64,000 bases of DNA from Hydrurus foetidus (taxonomy: Eukaryota), in contig UYFQ01000682.1 of NCBI GenBank assembly GCA_900617105.1, positions 1 through 64,000 on the forward strand. Reading direction: 5' to 3'. The translations under genes and the position numbers were made by a program. A model generated the notes under the pieces. The model did no database searches, was not told the DNA's origin, and saw only the letters and a program-made list of their open reading frames with translations. Below are positions 13,641 to 25,591 of the stretch, one piece after another; positions within the stretch are counted from its first letter, which is position 1, and every line of letters starts with the position of its first letter.

Positions 13641-15975
13641 ATGTCTGGACGCGGACAAGAAATGAGAGGGCATCGAAGGTGGGCCGGCTGAGGTCGCGGA
13701 GGAAGAGGATTTCCGCCACCAGCTCGAGATGGGCTGAAGTCAGAGACGAGGTTCACAGGAGCCAATCTAGAACTACCATCACTTAACTATAGAGCCGCCC
13801 AAAGAGAAAATCGACCGATAGAGTTCCTTCAGCACTTCGGCGAACACTGCGCCATAAAATACAAGGCGATCATCGCTCAAGCATTCTGGACGTCCCCGCC
13901 AGAGTTTGAAGAAGACGTCTCTGAGCCAGAAATCCTAGATCCTATCCCAAATACCAACGTTGGCAAGGTCATGATCGCCGACTACACCAATGACAGGAAA
14001 GATTGGAAGGCCGAAGTGAAGAAGACTGAAGACCACAAGAAAGTACTATTTGCATTCGTTTACTCCCAACTAAGCGAATCATCAAGGAGTGAGGTGCAAG
14101 ATCACGAAGATTGGGCCGAGAACTTCCTAGCAAGTGATCTGCTCTATCTAATCATAAGAATCCGGGCTACACACATATCAAGACAAAGTGGAAACCCTGG
14201 CCAAGACATGGAGAGGATTCGGACCATATGGGCAAATATGAGGGAGCAAGCCAATGAAACCAGCTTTGCGTTCAGGAATTGTGTAGAAGATTATCAGCTT
14301 GAAAGGACATCGGTCGGTCTATTGGAGATTCCCGACGAGGAGCTTGTAATTGGTATCCTTAACCGATTAGACATGGCACGGCACACATCGCTTGTAAGGC
14401 ACTACTTGGACAACGAAAGACGAGGTATCGCCGAGCTCCCCGAGCACCCCCCGACTCTCTGGAAGGAGATCAAAGATACGCAAGTAATAAGATTCAGGGG
14501 TATTAGCGGAGTGAATCTCCATGGTGTATACTTGTCGACGACTGATGAGGCAATGGCAGATGAAACTGACCTTGGAAGTACTTATCAAGGCAGAGGACGC
14601 GGGAGATCGACAAGAGGCTGCGAAGAGGTCAAGGAAGAGGTCAAGGCAGAGGCCAAGGCAGAGGCCAAGGCAGAGGCCAAGGCAGAGGCCAAGGCAGAGG
14701 CCAAGGCAGAGGCCAAGGCAGAGGCCAAGGCAGGGGACAAGGCAGAGGTCAGGGCAGACCTGGACCCGAAGCACCCACAAAGTACGAACCCATCAAACCA
14801 GCAGATATCATTTGCTGGAATTGTGGGAAGAAAGGCCACCGGTCTACAGCTTGCCCGTTAAAAGTTGTACAATTCATGGATGCAACGGAGGATGCAAACA
14901 TTTTCCTCGCTACCATCGAGAGCTTCCGACCAGAACATGAAGACCACATACCACATGTCCCTGAAGAGGAAAATATTGTGTCAGTGTTGGTGTCGAGAGC
15001 AAAGACGGACAACAGTTCAGTGCTGATACTGGACACACAAGCAAGCATACGCTTGATTTCGAATCCAGACTTACTGATCGATGTGACCAAGTCACCTCAT
15101 CCGATAACAGTACAGGGTATCACAGGAGATCGGACCAAAGTTACCTTGATGGGAAGGATCCAAACAATTGGCATCGATGCATACCATGAGACAACCGTAG
15201 CAGCCAATATCTTGAGCTATCAGAGATTGCTACAAACGCACAGCGTCCAATACAGGGAGTGCGACGATACATTTGTTGCCACTCCATTCGTGATCTTCGG
15301 GTGCATAAATGGCCATTACATACTCGACTTGGGCACAGTGGTGAACACGTACTTCACAAGTATCAATAACAAGGCTGCGAAGTATAGCAAGAGGCAGCTG
15401 ATCGACGCGAGGAAGGCATATCAGTTCATTGTCTGTATGGGCTTCATCAGTTATAAAGCAGCCGTAGAAGTCGTTCAGCGTGGCAGCATCAATCACTTAG
15501 AATTCACTCGGTCCGACCTAGTGAACGCACATGATATATATGGAACACCAGTCTACCATATCCGCTGCCATCAAAATTGGCAGCCGCATAGATTTCATTC
15601 GTCGTGCACACAGCAAACATGGTTCCAAAAGTCAATGCTGTTGGGCACTTACCAGCACATACTGCATTTATGGGAAGAATCCCCAACTTTGCCAAAGATG
15701 CTCCACATGCATTCGGTACAGCTGGCTTCCTGCAACGAGTCCAGGGGCCACTGCGTGGAGACTACTGCGCCTGGCTTGGGACAACCCATAATCTGGCTGG
15801 GACACATCGCTGCTTTAACCTTGATACGCTTAGAGAAATCACAGGTGATACATTCAAACCAGCACTATTAACCAACGCAGCCATCCTGCAATTGTCACAA
15901 CTGGCAGGTGTAACAAGTACACGCCCTATCTCAATTGAAGCAGAAGCGCCACTGCAAAATCCTAATCCTCGCTAT
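13641..15975 (+). mobile_element. Ty1/Copia (CoDi-like) retrotransposon 5' half, pseudogenised: gag, CCHC knuckle, protease, pre-integrase region, integrase C-terminus; integrase core deleted, no Copia RT
   Basis: ATG at 13641 (MSGRGQ...), in-frame TGA at 13689, gag ORF 13971-14620. After a 1-nt frameshift at ~14622: (RGQG)x11, zinc knuckle CWNCGKKGHRSTAC, protease LILDTQASIRLISNPDLL, and YSKRQLIDARKAYQF..MGFISYK...TRSDLVNAHDIYG. At 15553 it jumps to LPYPLPSKLAAA*ISFVVHTANMVPK...AWLGTTHNLAGTHRCFNLDTLREI. The PR-then-IN order is Copia-type. Confidence 0.8.
14624..14755 (+). repeat. 12-bp coding tandem repeat (AGAGGCCAAGGC)x11 in gag
   Basis: Seven perfect and four variant units. Reads RGQG repeats in the frame that continues into the zinc knuckle. 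Confidence 0.9.
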
Positions 15976-17893
15976 GCACGCGGATTTGTACCAAATTATT
16001 CCGACATAGTCAGGCCCCTGCAGAACATGATTGACTACAAAGCCAGAAAAAAGAAGCCCCCATCTGGACGCCGGCGGGTATCGAGGCATTTCATGCAATC
16101 AAGCTGGCGATTTCAGGATGCCCTCTGATGTACTTCCTGGACGACGACTCGCCCATCCGATTGTACACGGATGCATCCGACTACGGCATTGGGGGAGTTC
16201 TATACCAAGTCGTGGGTCAAGTTTGGCGTCCCATCGCTTTTGTCAGCAAATCGCTCTCCTCGACCCAGATCAACTGGTCCACGATGCAGAAGGAGGCATA
16301 CGCCATTTTTCACTGTTGTCAACAGTTCAACTCGCTGATCAGGGACCGGAAGTTCACGATACACACAGATCTCCAGAACATCACGCTCATGAAACAAAGT
16401 CCAAGTTCAATGGTACAAAGTCCAGGTGGCTCATTGCGCTTCAAGAGCTAGACTTCGAGGTCAAGTTTATTCCAGGAAAAGACAATGAGATGGTGGACTC
16501 ATTATCACGTCTATGTCCCAACCTCATCGAGCTGGCTGTCGACTACACTCCTGTAGTAATGGATTGGCCCGTCCGCTTGATGGCTGCCCTTCAGATATGC
16601 CCTTCAGCGACGGACGAGAATTTGGAGTGGATCGAGCAATGCCATAATGGCATGAATGGACATGGCGGTAACGCTAGGACGTTGGATAAGCTCGCATCCC
16701 TTGGGCACTCATGGCCATTCATGCGGAGTCATGTCCGCAGCTTCAGCAGACACTGCCCTTGCTGCCGAAAAATGAGTGCGGTGCGCATCCCCATACAGCT
16801 CCATCACTTCGCTTCGTCAATGTATAACCCATTCGACACCATCAACATGGATTTCATCGGGCCCTTCCCGGATGACTCGCACGTTCTCGTCATCATCGAC
16901 ACCTTCTCAAGATGGACGGAGCTTTTCTGGTGCCTGGACGCCACAGCTGCATCAGCCTGTCGCGCACTCCTCCAGCATTTCGGTCGCTTTAGGGCTCCCA
17001 ATCTCATACGGTCGGACCGGGGACCTCACTTCGTGAATCACATTATCAAAGACTTCCTCGCTGCGGTCGGTACCGGACACAACCAGACGCTAGCGTATTC
17101 GAAGGAGGAGAACTCAATCGTGGAAAGGATAAACAAGGAGATCAACAGGCACCTCCGCGCTTTCACTTTCGACACGATTGACATTGAGCAGTATAAGCTC
17201 TGTCTGCCTTTTGTGCAGCGCATCATCAACTGCTCCTTACACAAGGCTACCGGTGCTGCACCTGCCCACATTCTGTTCGGAGGCCGGCTGAACTTGGAAA
17301 GAGGTATCCTGCTCCCTTTCAACGTGGACACACCTTTAAACAAGACCGCGTCCAAAATCATGGCGGACATCCTCAAGATTCAAAACCAGATCATCATAAC
17401 AGCCCAGGAAAGCCTCAAAAAGAAAGACGAAGACAGGCTCGCTAACCAGTCCCCCATTACGGTGTTCCCTGACGGTTCGTTTGTCCTCGCCCTATACGAT
17501 ACCGGCCCACCCACTAGGCTACACACCGAGTTACAAGGCCCCCTGGAGGTCATTTCCCGCACGGACTCTCTAAGGCACCTGGTCTCCAAGAAGATGAAGA
17601 AAATCCACGCCAGCAAGCTGAGGCAGTTCATCTTCGACCCCAACCGAGTGGAGCCCCTTGACATAGCCCGCAGAGACTACATGGAGTACTTCATCGAGAC
17701 GGTACTCGCGCATCGAGGTGACCAACTGCGTGTTTCATCGCTCTGGTTCCATATCAAATGGCTCAATTACGACGACACTCACAACACATGGGAGCCCTGG
17801 TCTGGAGTTCGGCTCACAGACGCCCTGCACGCCTATCTCAAGACACTCAACCTAAGCCGCCTCATTCCAAAGACGGTCACTGCAGAGGACTAA
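15976..17893 (+). mobile_element. Ty3/Gypsy chromovirus-like element 1, pol 3' half: RT thumb, RNase H, integrase, chromodomain (frameshifted)
   Basis: RT thumb RGFVPNYSDIVRPL; RNase H LYTDASDYGIGGVLYQ...PIAFVSKSL...WSTMQKEAYAI...FTIHTD; Zn-binding CHNGMNGHGG...CPCC; integrase core INMDFIGPF...IRSDRGPHF...NSIVERINK; chromodomain YFIETVLAHRG...FHIKWLNYDDTHNTWEP; TAA at 17891-17893. Frameshifts at ~16050 and ~16420. Confidence 0.92.
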
Positions 17894-18142
17894 GCCCCAG
17901 GACGTGCACCAGCTTGATATTTTTCCCATTGGGTTAAGGGGGTTTAGTCAGTAAAAACCTGACATACCCACGCCGGTGGCATCACAAGAACGGACGGACC
18001 GCCTTCTTTCTGGACTCAAGATCTATCCCTGCCGCTCTCTATTGTTTTTATACAGCTGTAATTCACTTTTCTGTTGTAAATATTTTCCTGTATACGTATG
18101 TTAGCATGTTGAGAGAGTAGAGAGACTAAGGGCATAGGTTTT

Positions 18143-18162
18143 GAAGAAAAAAGTAGGGGTAG
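18143..18162 (+). promoter_or_regulatory. Polypurine tract of Gypsy element 1
   Basis: GAAGAAAAAAGTAGGGGTAG ~250 bp after the pol stop. Its GGGGTAG end is the same as the second PPT. Confidence 0.7.
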
Positions 18163-18372
18163 AGTAGTGGTTCCAGGGTCTCCGGACCCCGGAATCTCTT
18201 TCGGTACATACGTGCTTGTAGATGTATGGTAGTTTGAGATGTCAATCCTGACATTGCTAACCTTTCAGTGCAACCTTTCAATTGTTTATCCCATAGACAG
18301 CTTCTACCCGTTGTAACTCTAAGAGAGCTCTTCTTACCAAACCTACCACTTTCCAACCCCCTTCGGACCACA
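18163..18372 (+). mobile_element. Candidate 3' LTR of Gypsy element 1 (~210 bp)
   Basis: Starts right after the PPT with AGTAGTGG (TGTAG with one change) and ends ...GGACCACA exactly where coding sequence of element 2 begins. Confidence 0.55.
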
Positions 18373-18766
18373 ATATCGCGATGGATCTCCTCCTTCCCGT
18401 CTTCAGACACAGTGGAGAGGTCCATTAAGAGTCGTTAGTGGCGAAAATTCGCGTTACACACTATATGATGTAGTCACTCTGCCAGAATTTCATGTGTCTG
18501 CCATAAAACCATTTATATTTAACCCATCGATCACAAATCCGTTGGATGTTGCACGACGTGACTACATGATATACTTTGTTGAAGATATCCTTGGGCATCG
18601 TGGCAAACATCAACGTACCCATATAGAGTTTTTAGTCAAGTGGTTAAATTGCCCTTCTGACAAAAACACCTGGGAACCTTACTCAAGTCTTCGTGATGTT
18701 GATAAACTCCATGATTATTTGCGTCAACATAATATGACAAAATTAATCAATAAACAACACCGTTGA
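18371..18766 (+). mobile_element. Ty3/Gypsy chromovirus-like element 2: integrase C-terminus + chromodomain fragment
   Basis: Open frame QYRDGSPPSRLQTQWRGPLRVVSGENSRYTLYDVVTLPEFHVSAIKPFIFNPSITNPLDVARRDYMIYFVEDILGHRG...FLVKWLNCPSDKNTWEPYSSLRDVDKLHDYL*. It is collinear with the element 1 C-terminus but diverged and more AT-rich. Confidence 0.88.
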
Positions 18767-18929
18767 TATACTTCATTCTTAACGATATTCATGAAGAATT
18801 TACCCCCTATTTTTTTTAACATCCGTTTTTTTGGAGGAATTTAGTCAGTAAGAGTCTGACATAATCGTTTTGAATATAACTTTCAACACTTGTACTTCTT
18901 TTGTTAATACGCATATACTGTACATTTTC

Positions 18930-18949
18930 AAAAAAGGAAGAAGGGGTAG
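18930..18949 (+). promoter_or_regulatory. Polypurine tract of Gypsy element 2
   Basis: AAAAAAGGAAGAAGGGGTAG followed immediately by TGTAGC. Confidence 0.75.
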
Positions 18950-19222
18950 TGTAGCCTTATTGCATCCCTAGGGGGATACAATGTGTCTAGGTTAACTAGG
19001 TACAATAGGTACAATACGCCCAGATTCCAGTTTTAGGTCTTAGTTCCACATATGACGTAAGTGCTCTTAGCGTACACATCACCTCAACTATTCAACTGTA
19101 AACTATAACCACAACCTTATCTCGCAACCAACTCCTTTTTCTCTTCGTCCCTCATCCTCTGTCCTCGCGCTTTCGTCCATCAAAACCTACGTCCTTCGTC
19201 CTAGGCCCCGACTCCAGCCACA
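18950..19222 (+). mobile_element. Candidate 3' LTR of Gypsy element 2 (~270 bp)
   Basis: Begins TGTAGC directly after the PPT. Proposed end GCCACA (19217-19222) is a 5/6 inverted match. The right boundary is inferred. Confidence 0.55.
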
Positions 19223-19538
19223 TTAGTATGACAGTGTGACATTGAAGTTCGGAGTTCGCGGGTTCATAAAACACTACGTACGTATGCTTGACAGTTTTTG
19301 GTTTTTGGTGTACGTTTCAAAACACGTCGATGGGAAAGGAAAGAAGAATCGTCTTGTTCAAATGTTCAAGCAAACCTTCGAGTCTTCAATTCCTTCTAAT
19401 CCATTTGGAGTAATAGGAAGAAAACGCCGGGCTCAGCATTGAAGTTGTCGTAATCTCCTCTCTTTGAACCGTGATTTTACTCCAGTAGACAAACTGTACG
19501 GTCTTTAAGTGGTTTTGTGGCTTCTCAACAGCTTGAGA

Positions 19539-22500
19539 ATGCATTTTTCAATAACAGTAGTTGCTACACTTCTGTTATGTCACCTACCAGCAAATGGATT
19601 CAATGGCCGTAGGGCTCATAGAAAATCAGCAATCAGCAACATCAACAGCGGCAGGAATAATCGTTTAGTAGATAGTAGAACCGCAAAACCATCATCGACG
19701 TCGCTCGCAGCTGGTGGCATTTTACCTACCGTCTTTTCAGCTGTTGCTGTCGCAAGTGTGATTGCATTCCACGAAGCTGGTGAGATTTAGTTTGCTACCT
19801 CAAAATATTATTGACCTCTTGTCGTCAGAAGGATGTTTGTCGTTGTCACGTTACTTAGAGTTCGGCAATAAAGTTACTTTTTCTTCATCTAGTTCACTCG
19901 GTCGACAGAAGCGTCTTTTTGTCTCACACCTAGGATCGCTTTATCCATTCTTATCACAATTATGAAGAACGAAATGATTGCAAATGAAACGTGGATGGGA
20001 TATAATCCTACAGCATGGACTGATGATATAGTCATCAATAAAAAGTTTTTTATTCATCTGTTATTCACAACACATCAACATTTCACATTTTTACAGGTCA
20101 TTTCTTCGCTGCTAAAGTGCAAGGCATGAAGGTCCAATCGTACAATATTGGCTACGGCCCGAAATTGCTTTCTTTTAATGATAGTGCTGATACAGAATTT
20201 GCCTTGAGAGCATTTCCATTAGGTATGTTTGATTATTCTAGGAATAAATTTTAAAATCATTGTATCTATTTGAATTGGCTCAATTGATTTGCTTTGAATT
20301 TTTCTTGAATCAAAGAAACGTGTTTCTTTCTTGTAGCTTGATTGACTGTTTTATAGGCACGACTGGCATTTACGTGCTTGAATTATTTTCTTGAAATGTG
20401 AACAATTTATTCCTTTCGAATTAGCTAGTATTAATAAATAATATTATTTTGTGATAAAGTAATGTTTTAATTTAGATTATGTATTCAAAATAAATAGCGC
20501 AAATCGACGTTTTATAGACAATTAAGATTGTGATTCATCAATTCATCAAAATATGACAAAATAAAGTATCCAATTATATTTTCTTACATAAATAATAGGG
20601 GGATATGTTGCATTTCCAGCCAACGTAGAGCTAGATGACGAAACCGGAGAAATAACGAAGGAATTAGATGACCCAGATTTGTTGCAGAACAGACCACCTT
20701 TACAACGAGCCATCGTTATTTCTGGTGAGTTTCAACAATCATCATATTTTTCATGCGGTGTAATTGTCGCTTTATGTTTGTTCATAGCTGTTACTTAAGT
20801 AAATAAATCATCGAATATCTTCATCAAGACTGACACAATAATATTTTTTCCTCTCTTTATTTATATGTTTACTTGTTTATTTGTTTATTTCTCAATCAGG
20901 CGGAGTCATAGCAAATTTCTTGTTAACATTTTTACTAGCAAGCGGCACGGCAGCTACATCAGGAATCGGACATCCTTCATTTTATTCCGGTCTAAGCGTC
21001 ACAACTACATCAACCGTTTCTTCTCCCGCTGAAAAAGCCGGCATCTTAATCAATGATGTGATATTAAAAATCGATGGTCAAGATATTGTAGGGAGCGAAA
21101 CTGCGATAAGTGAATTTATTGGTAAAATTAGAAGTCATGCAAATAAAGAAATTGTATTGGAAGTGTTGAGAAATCCAAAGTCGATGACTACGAAAGAAAT
21201 TGAGGAGCAAAAAGTCAATGGATTGTATACAGCGAAAATCGATAGAATAGCCCTCACTCCAGTCGAAGGTTAGTGACACTAATTTGTGCTTGATTAATGC
21301 GTGTTCGTTTACATCTGTATCTCCTTTGCTTGATTTATTTTCATATGTGCGAAAACTAAATATTTTCACATTTTAAAAACATCTCATATCATCATGCATG
21401 TAATACATGATAGAAACTGTTGTGTATCATATCAACCTGTATTGCTTCTTTTTTACTCATTTTCATTTTCGCACGACTTGATAGATTGTGTCAAACTTCA
21501 AGTTTCACATGCCTCAAGTATCACAAAAATTGCAAATGAAAATTTCGTTCCAAAATCAGAATAAATTGAGTCACGCTTTGAATTATAAAATTTGCACCTT
21601 TTCCTATGTATTCAAAACACGAAGTACTCGACCAGTCAAAGTAATATTTTGCACCATTCTAACTGTATACTGTGTTCTTATTGTTTATTTTATTTATTTT
21701 ATCTTCGAAATAGGAGCCAACGGGAAGGGCAGTATAGGAATAGGAATCAATTCTAGAGTGAAAGAAGTTGTCAATGTCAAAGCAACTAATATCATAGAGG
21801 TGCAATATTTCTTATTTAATGTACTTCTCCTCTTTTTTTTAACTTCTGTATTTTATGCTACCTTTTCTACAGTGCGACTTTTTTTGTCGCAAATATTTTT
21901 GTTTCATTTGGTTTCAGAAATTTTCCATGCATCGAATTATAAGAATCGCATTCAATGAGATAGTCCCATTTATTTGTACATTACCTCATTTATTATTTCT
22001 CTGCGAATTTCATATTATCATGTTTATCTTCTCTCATCACTCCTATTCTATCCACAATTTTAATGCCTCCCCTTCCTTCCTTCACGCCTTCCCAACAACT
22101 CTCTCTCTCTCTCTCTGTCTGTCTTTCTTTTTTTCTTCCTCTTCTTTCTCTGTCTCTCTCTCTCTCTCTCACACACACACTCTCTCCATCATCCTCTCAC
22201 GTGCATCACATCACATCACATCTTATCTATTTCTCTCTCTACTTCCAGGCAGCCAAACAAGGTGCAGATGAAACTGCCCGCATCACCACATTCACTGTGA
22301 ACGGTCTGGCAGCGGCAATCTCAACAGGGTAAGTTGATATTTATTATCGACTATTAAATTCAAATTAACACTAATTAACATCGTATTGAAACCAATGTAG
22401 CTGTTAGAAATGATCAAAACAATCATATTGATAACACACCAGAATTCATATTTACTTGTGAACCACTACAAACTGTCATTTCCATGCAGCCGATAAAGTG

Positions 22501-24516
22501 GATCGGTTGAATTATTATTGAGTTGATCGTAACTATTAAACTAGCGTCACACCAATCATAACACTTCTAATATTAAGTGTCGATTCTAAGCTTCTGTAAT
22601 CTTATCATTGCCACACCTCACTTTATTGTCGATCAAAATACTAAAATTACATCACACTGATAGCCGAATTCAGAATACCAAAAAATCACTATTTTCTATT
22701 TTCATTGTGTATAGTTTTGTAATTTTACGCTTTACTTCGTTAATTCTTATGAGTGTTATGTAAGTCCAATTACAGCAATCAAATATATCAATAACTCAAC
22801 GAGAAAACAGCACATTCATTCAAGAATATCATCTTATGATTTAATTATTCATCTATTTATTTATTTATTTATTTATTTATTTAGATTTTCTCAGAACGAG
22901 ATGGGCGGGCCGATAGCAGTGGTGAAGGCGGGAGCTCAAATGGCCGCATACAATCCCGTTGCGCTCATAGGTCAGTATAGCAGATGTAAATAATGTGTGG
23001 TATACTGTCTATCGTATGATATTATTGTTGTCATCTTATTGATGCTATGACTGATAGCGTCACTAATAACAATGATGATGTTGTCATATCATGATGATGA
23101 TATGCTACCATTGTTATCATCTTGTCATTGGGTACGGGGAATATTGTTGTATTTTGTTTTGTAATATTTTGTAATCCATACTTCTCTACATTTTCTCCCT
23201 ACATCGCACACTTTATACTGTAAGTGTATTCTCTCCTTGTCATGGAGCGCACATATGTACACGCTCTACATCTCATTTCGTCGCATTTCATTTTATCACA
23301 CGTCTTCTTTTCTCATCTTCTTTGCATGCATGTATGCATTCTATTCTGTATCTTACCTAACTCTCCTGCACAAACAAGTACACACACTCTCTCTCACATA
23401 TACATACATACGCACTTACGCACGTACGTTTAATTCTTTTTATTTCTATGCTTGCATGCACGTACGTATTTTTTGCCTCAACTAACACACGCTCCCCCAT
23501 ACAAAGACATGCGTACGCACTTACATTCCCACGTACGTACTCACATTCTGGCGTACTTACCAGGCTTTATGGCGTCTCTGAGCATCAACTTGGCAGTGCT
23601 GAACTCTCTTCCTTTTCCTTCGCTGGATGGAGGACAACTCCTGTTCGTTGTGGCCGAAGTAGTGGCAGGTACGTACGCACGTGATAGTGTGATGAACTGT
23701 ACTGGAAATGCGATATACTGTATTGCATTGGGTATCATGAATGTCCCCCGACAATGTAGCGTGGTAAAGATTGGTTTTACACTCCATCTCTCTCTATCTC
23801 CCCCTCCCCCCTCTTTGCCCTCCTTCACTCATTTCGGTTGATGTCCTCCTCCTCCTCTCAGGTCGTCCCATTCCGCGTCGCATCAAAGACACAGTAACCG
23901 CACTGGCTTTCAGTTTCCTTCTCGCTCTCGGAGCTTCCACATTAGTAGGTCCGTAATGACCGACTATTTATTCTGAACTCAATGAGGGTGATTAATTGCT
24001 AATCCACTTTTAATATCTGACCTTCCCCTATAAATGACAATCCACACACTCAATTAAACAAGTTCTTTGAGTTCGTGCCATTGTTGGGCATGTTGTTTTA
24101 CTCCTTTACAGTTTGATTGATTTGATTTTTTAGACATTCTTGTTATTCCCTTTGTTAGTCGAGCGAACAAATTTGTAAACGTTGCTCTTGATGTTTTACT
24201 GTACATACATGACAAGACATAGCATTGCATAACATAGCGTAATATAGGCCTAATTATTATAATGGATACTCTGATTCGCACACTACTTTCCTCATTTTGT
24301 CTATTATTCACACGCATGGAAATAAATCAAATGTCTCAAATTCCTTTTTCTCGTTTCTTCTTTTCATTATTGATCATTAAAATCCCATGTTTTTTCTACC
24401 ATGTAGGAGACATTTCTAAATTAGGTGAACCCAGTACTATATCTCGTCCAACAGGAGTGAGAGAAAGAGCTCCACCTCCACCGGAGAAAACAGTCACACC
24501 TGATCAACTGAAGTAA
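19539..24516 (+). CDS. rseP: Membrane-associated zinc metalloprotease, peptidase M50 RseP/ARASP family with PDZ domain, probably plastid-targeted; 10 exons
   Basis: Exons 19539-19779, 20097-20222, 20599-20724, 20900-21268, 21714-21799, 22249-22328, 22885-22970, 23564-23668, 23862-23948 and 24407-24516 splice in frame. Motifs: HEAG|H (HExxH split by intron 1), IGYGPKL, RAFPLG|GYV, RAIVISG|GVIANF, PDZ SPAEKAGILINDVILKIDG, GGPIAVV, SINLAVLNSLPFPSLDGG. N-terminus MHFSITVVATLLLCHLPANG-F is a signal peptide followed by Phe. Confidence 0.93.
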
Positions 24517-25591
24517 ACAGCTAATTTATGCAATGCTCATCTAAATCTAATTTGAATTTGAATTTATTTTTTACTCATATTTGATTCGTTTCTTAATTTT
24601 TTAGAGTACGTATACATGTACAGCTTATGCATGTAAATACAAATACACGTTTAATATGTGATTTTTCTAGTCATGCAAATAAAATTGTAAATGAAGAAAT
24701 CCACCCTATTCGCTATCAAATTTCTCTTCGAATTTTACCATTCCCCTATAGATTGAAATCTCCTTCAAAAAGTCTACAGGAGCATTTAATTTCAACAGTA
24801 GATGATGTCTTTTTCAAACAAATGTATACGTGAAAACACGCATAAAAAATAGTTCGTGACATTTTCCTGTGGCTACTACAGCACATCACAGACACTCAAT
24901 CAGTCAATGAGTACTTACACGGTTGCGAAACGTCATTATTAGAGAAACGATGAATCGAAATAGCCGTGTAAGATCCCACATGTTATACGGCAATCAGTTT
25001 ATGGCGTTACTGCCATGATGATTGAATATAATGTATTCAACAAACCAACAAGAAAACCAACATAATATCAAAGTAAAAGATCTCATTGATAATGATAATA
25101 GTGATAACAATATGATATTCCTCACAATAATAGAATGAATCTCAGTCATAAATAATTTTCTACATCTGATTTTATCATGATACGGTTCCATATATCCATT
25201 TCTTCTTGTTCCAATACTGCAGTCCTTCCTTTCTCTAGCAAATCTCCTCACAATGTCGTCATATAGAGAATTCGATAATTATTTATCAAAATAGGCACTG
25301 TCAGTACTATCTAGTGGAACCCTAAAAAGATGCCCAAAAAAGAATTTCGATTTTGTCTTTTTTCTTTAATTTAATTTATTTTGAAACAAAGCAAATTGTT
25401 TTTACTAAATTATAATTTCGCTCGACTGCATCATTTGTCAATTTTGGGAATTATTTCAGAAAATCTTTACCACTTCAATCAAATTTGAAATTCACAATAA
25501 GCAAAGCTAAAAAATTAAAGAGGGCGAAAACATGTTTACACAATGAATGCATATTTAATTTTCCAATCCGTTTAGTTTCGAGTTTTCTTTT

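Noticed and set aside
13689..13691. Programmed stop readthrough or alternative genetic code
   Set aside because: The TGA sits in an RG-rich run (probably CGA to TGA) in a decayed element, and the host genes end in standard TAA/TGA stops.
14624..14755. TolA-like or antifreeze-like (KAEA)n protein
   Set aside because: It is a frameshifted reading of the gag (RGQG)n repeat.
16031..16420. N-terminus of the 620-aa ORF (MTTKPEKRSPHLDAGG...) as real protein
   Set aside because: It is an off-frame reading; the RNase H motifs are in the 16128-16451 frame until the frameshift at ~16420.
13333..19222. A single intact, autonomous LTR retrotransposon
   Set aside because: There is no RT catalytic core, there are several stops and frameshifts, the three LTR candidates do not match each other, and no TSD is visible.
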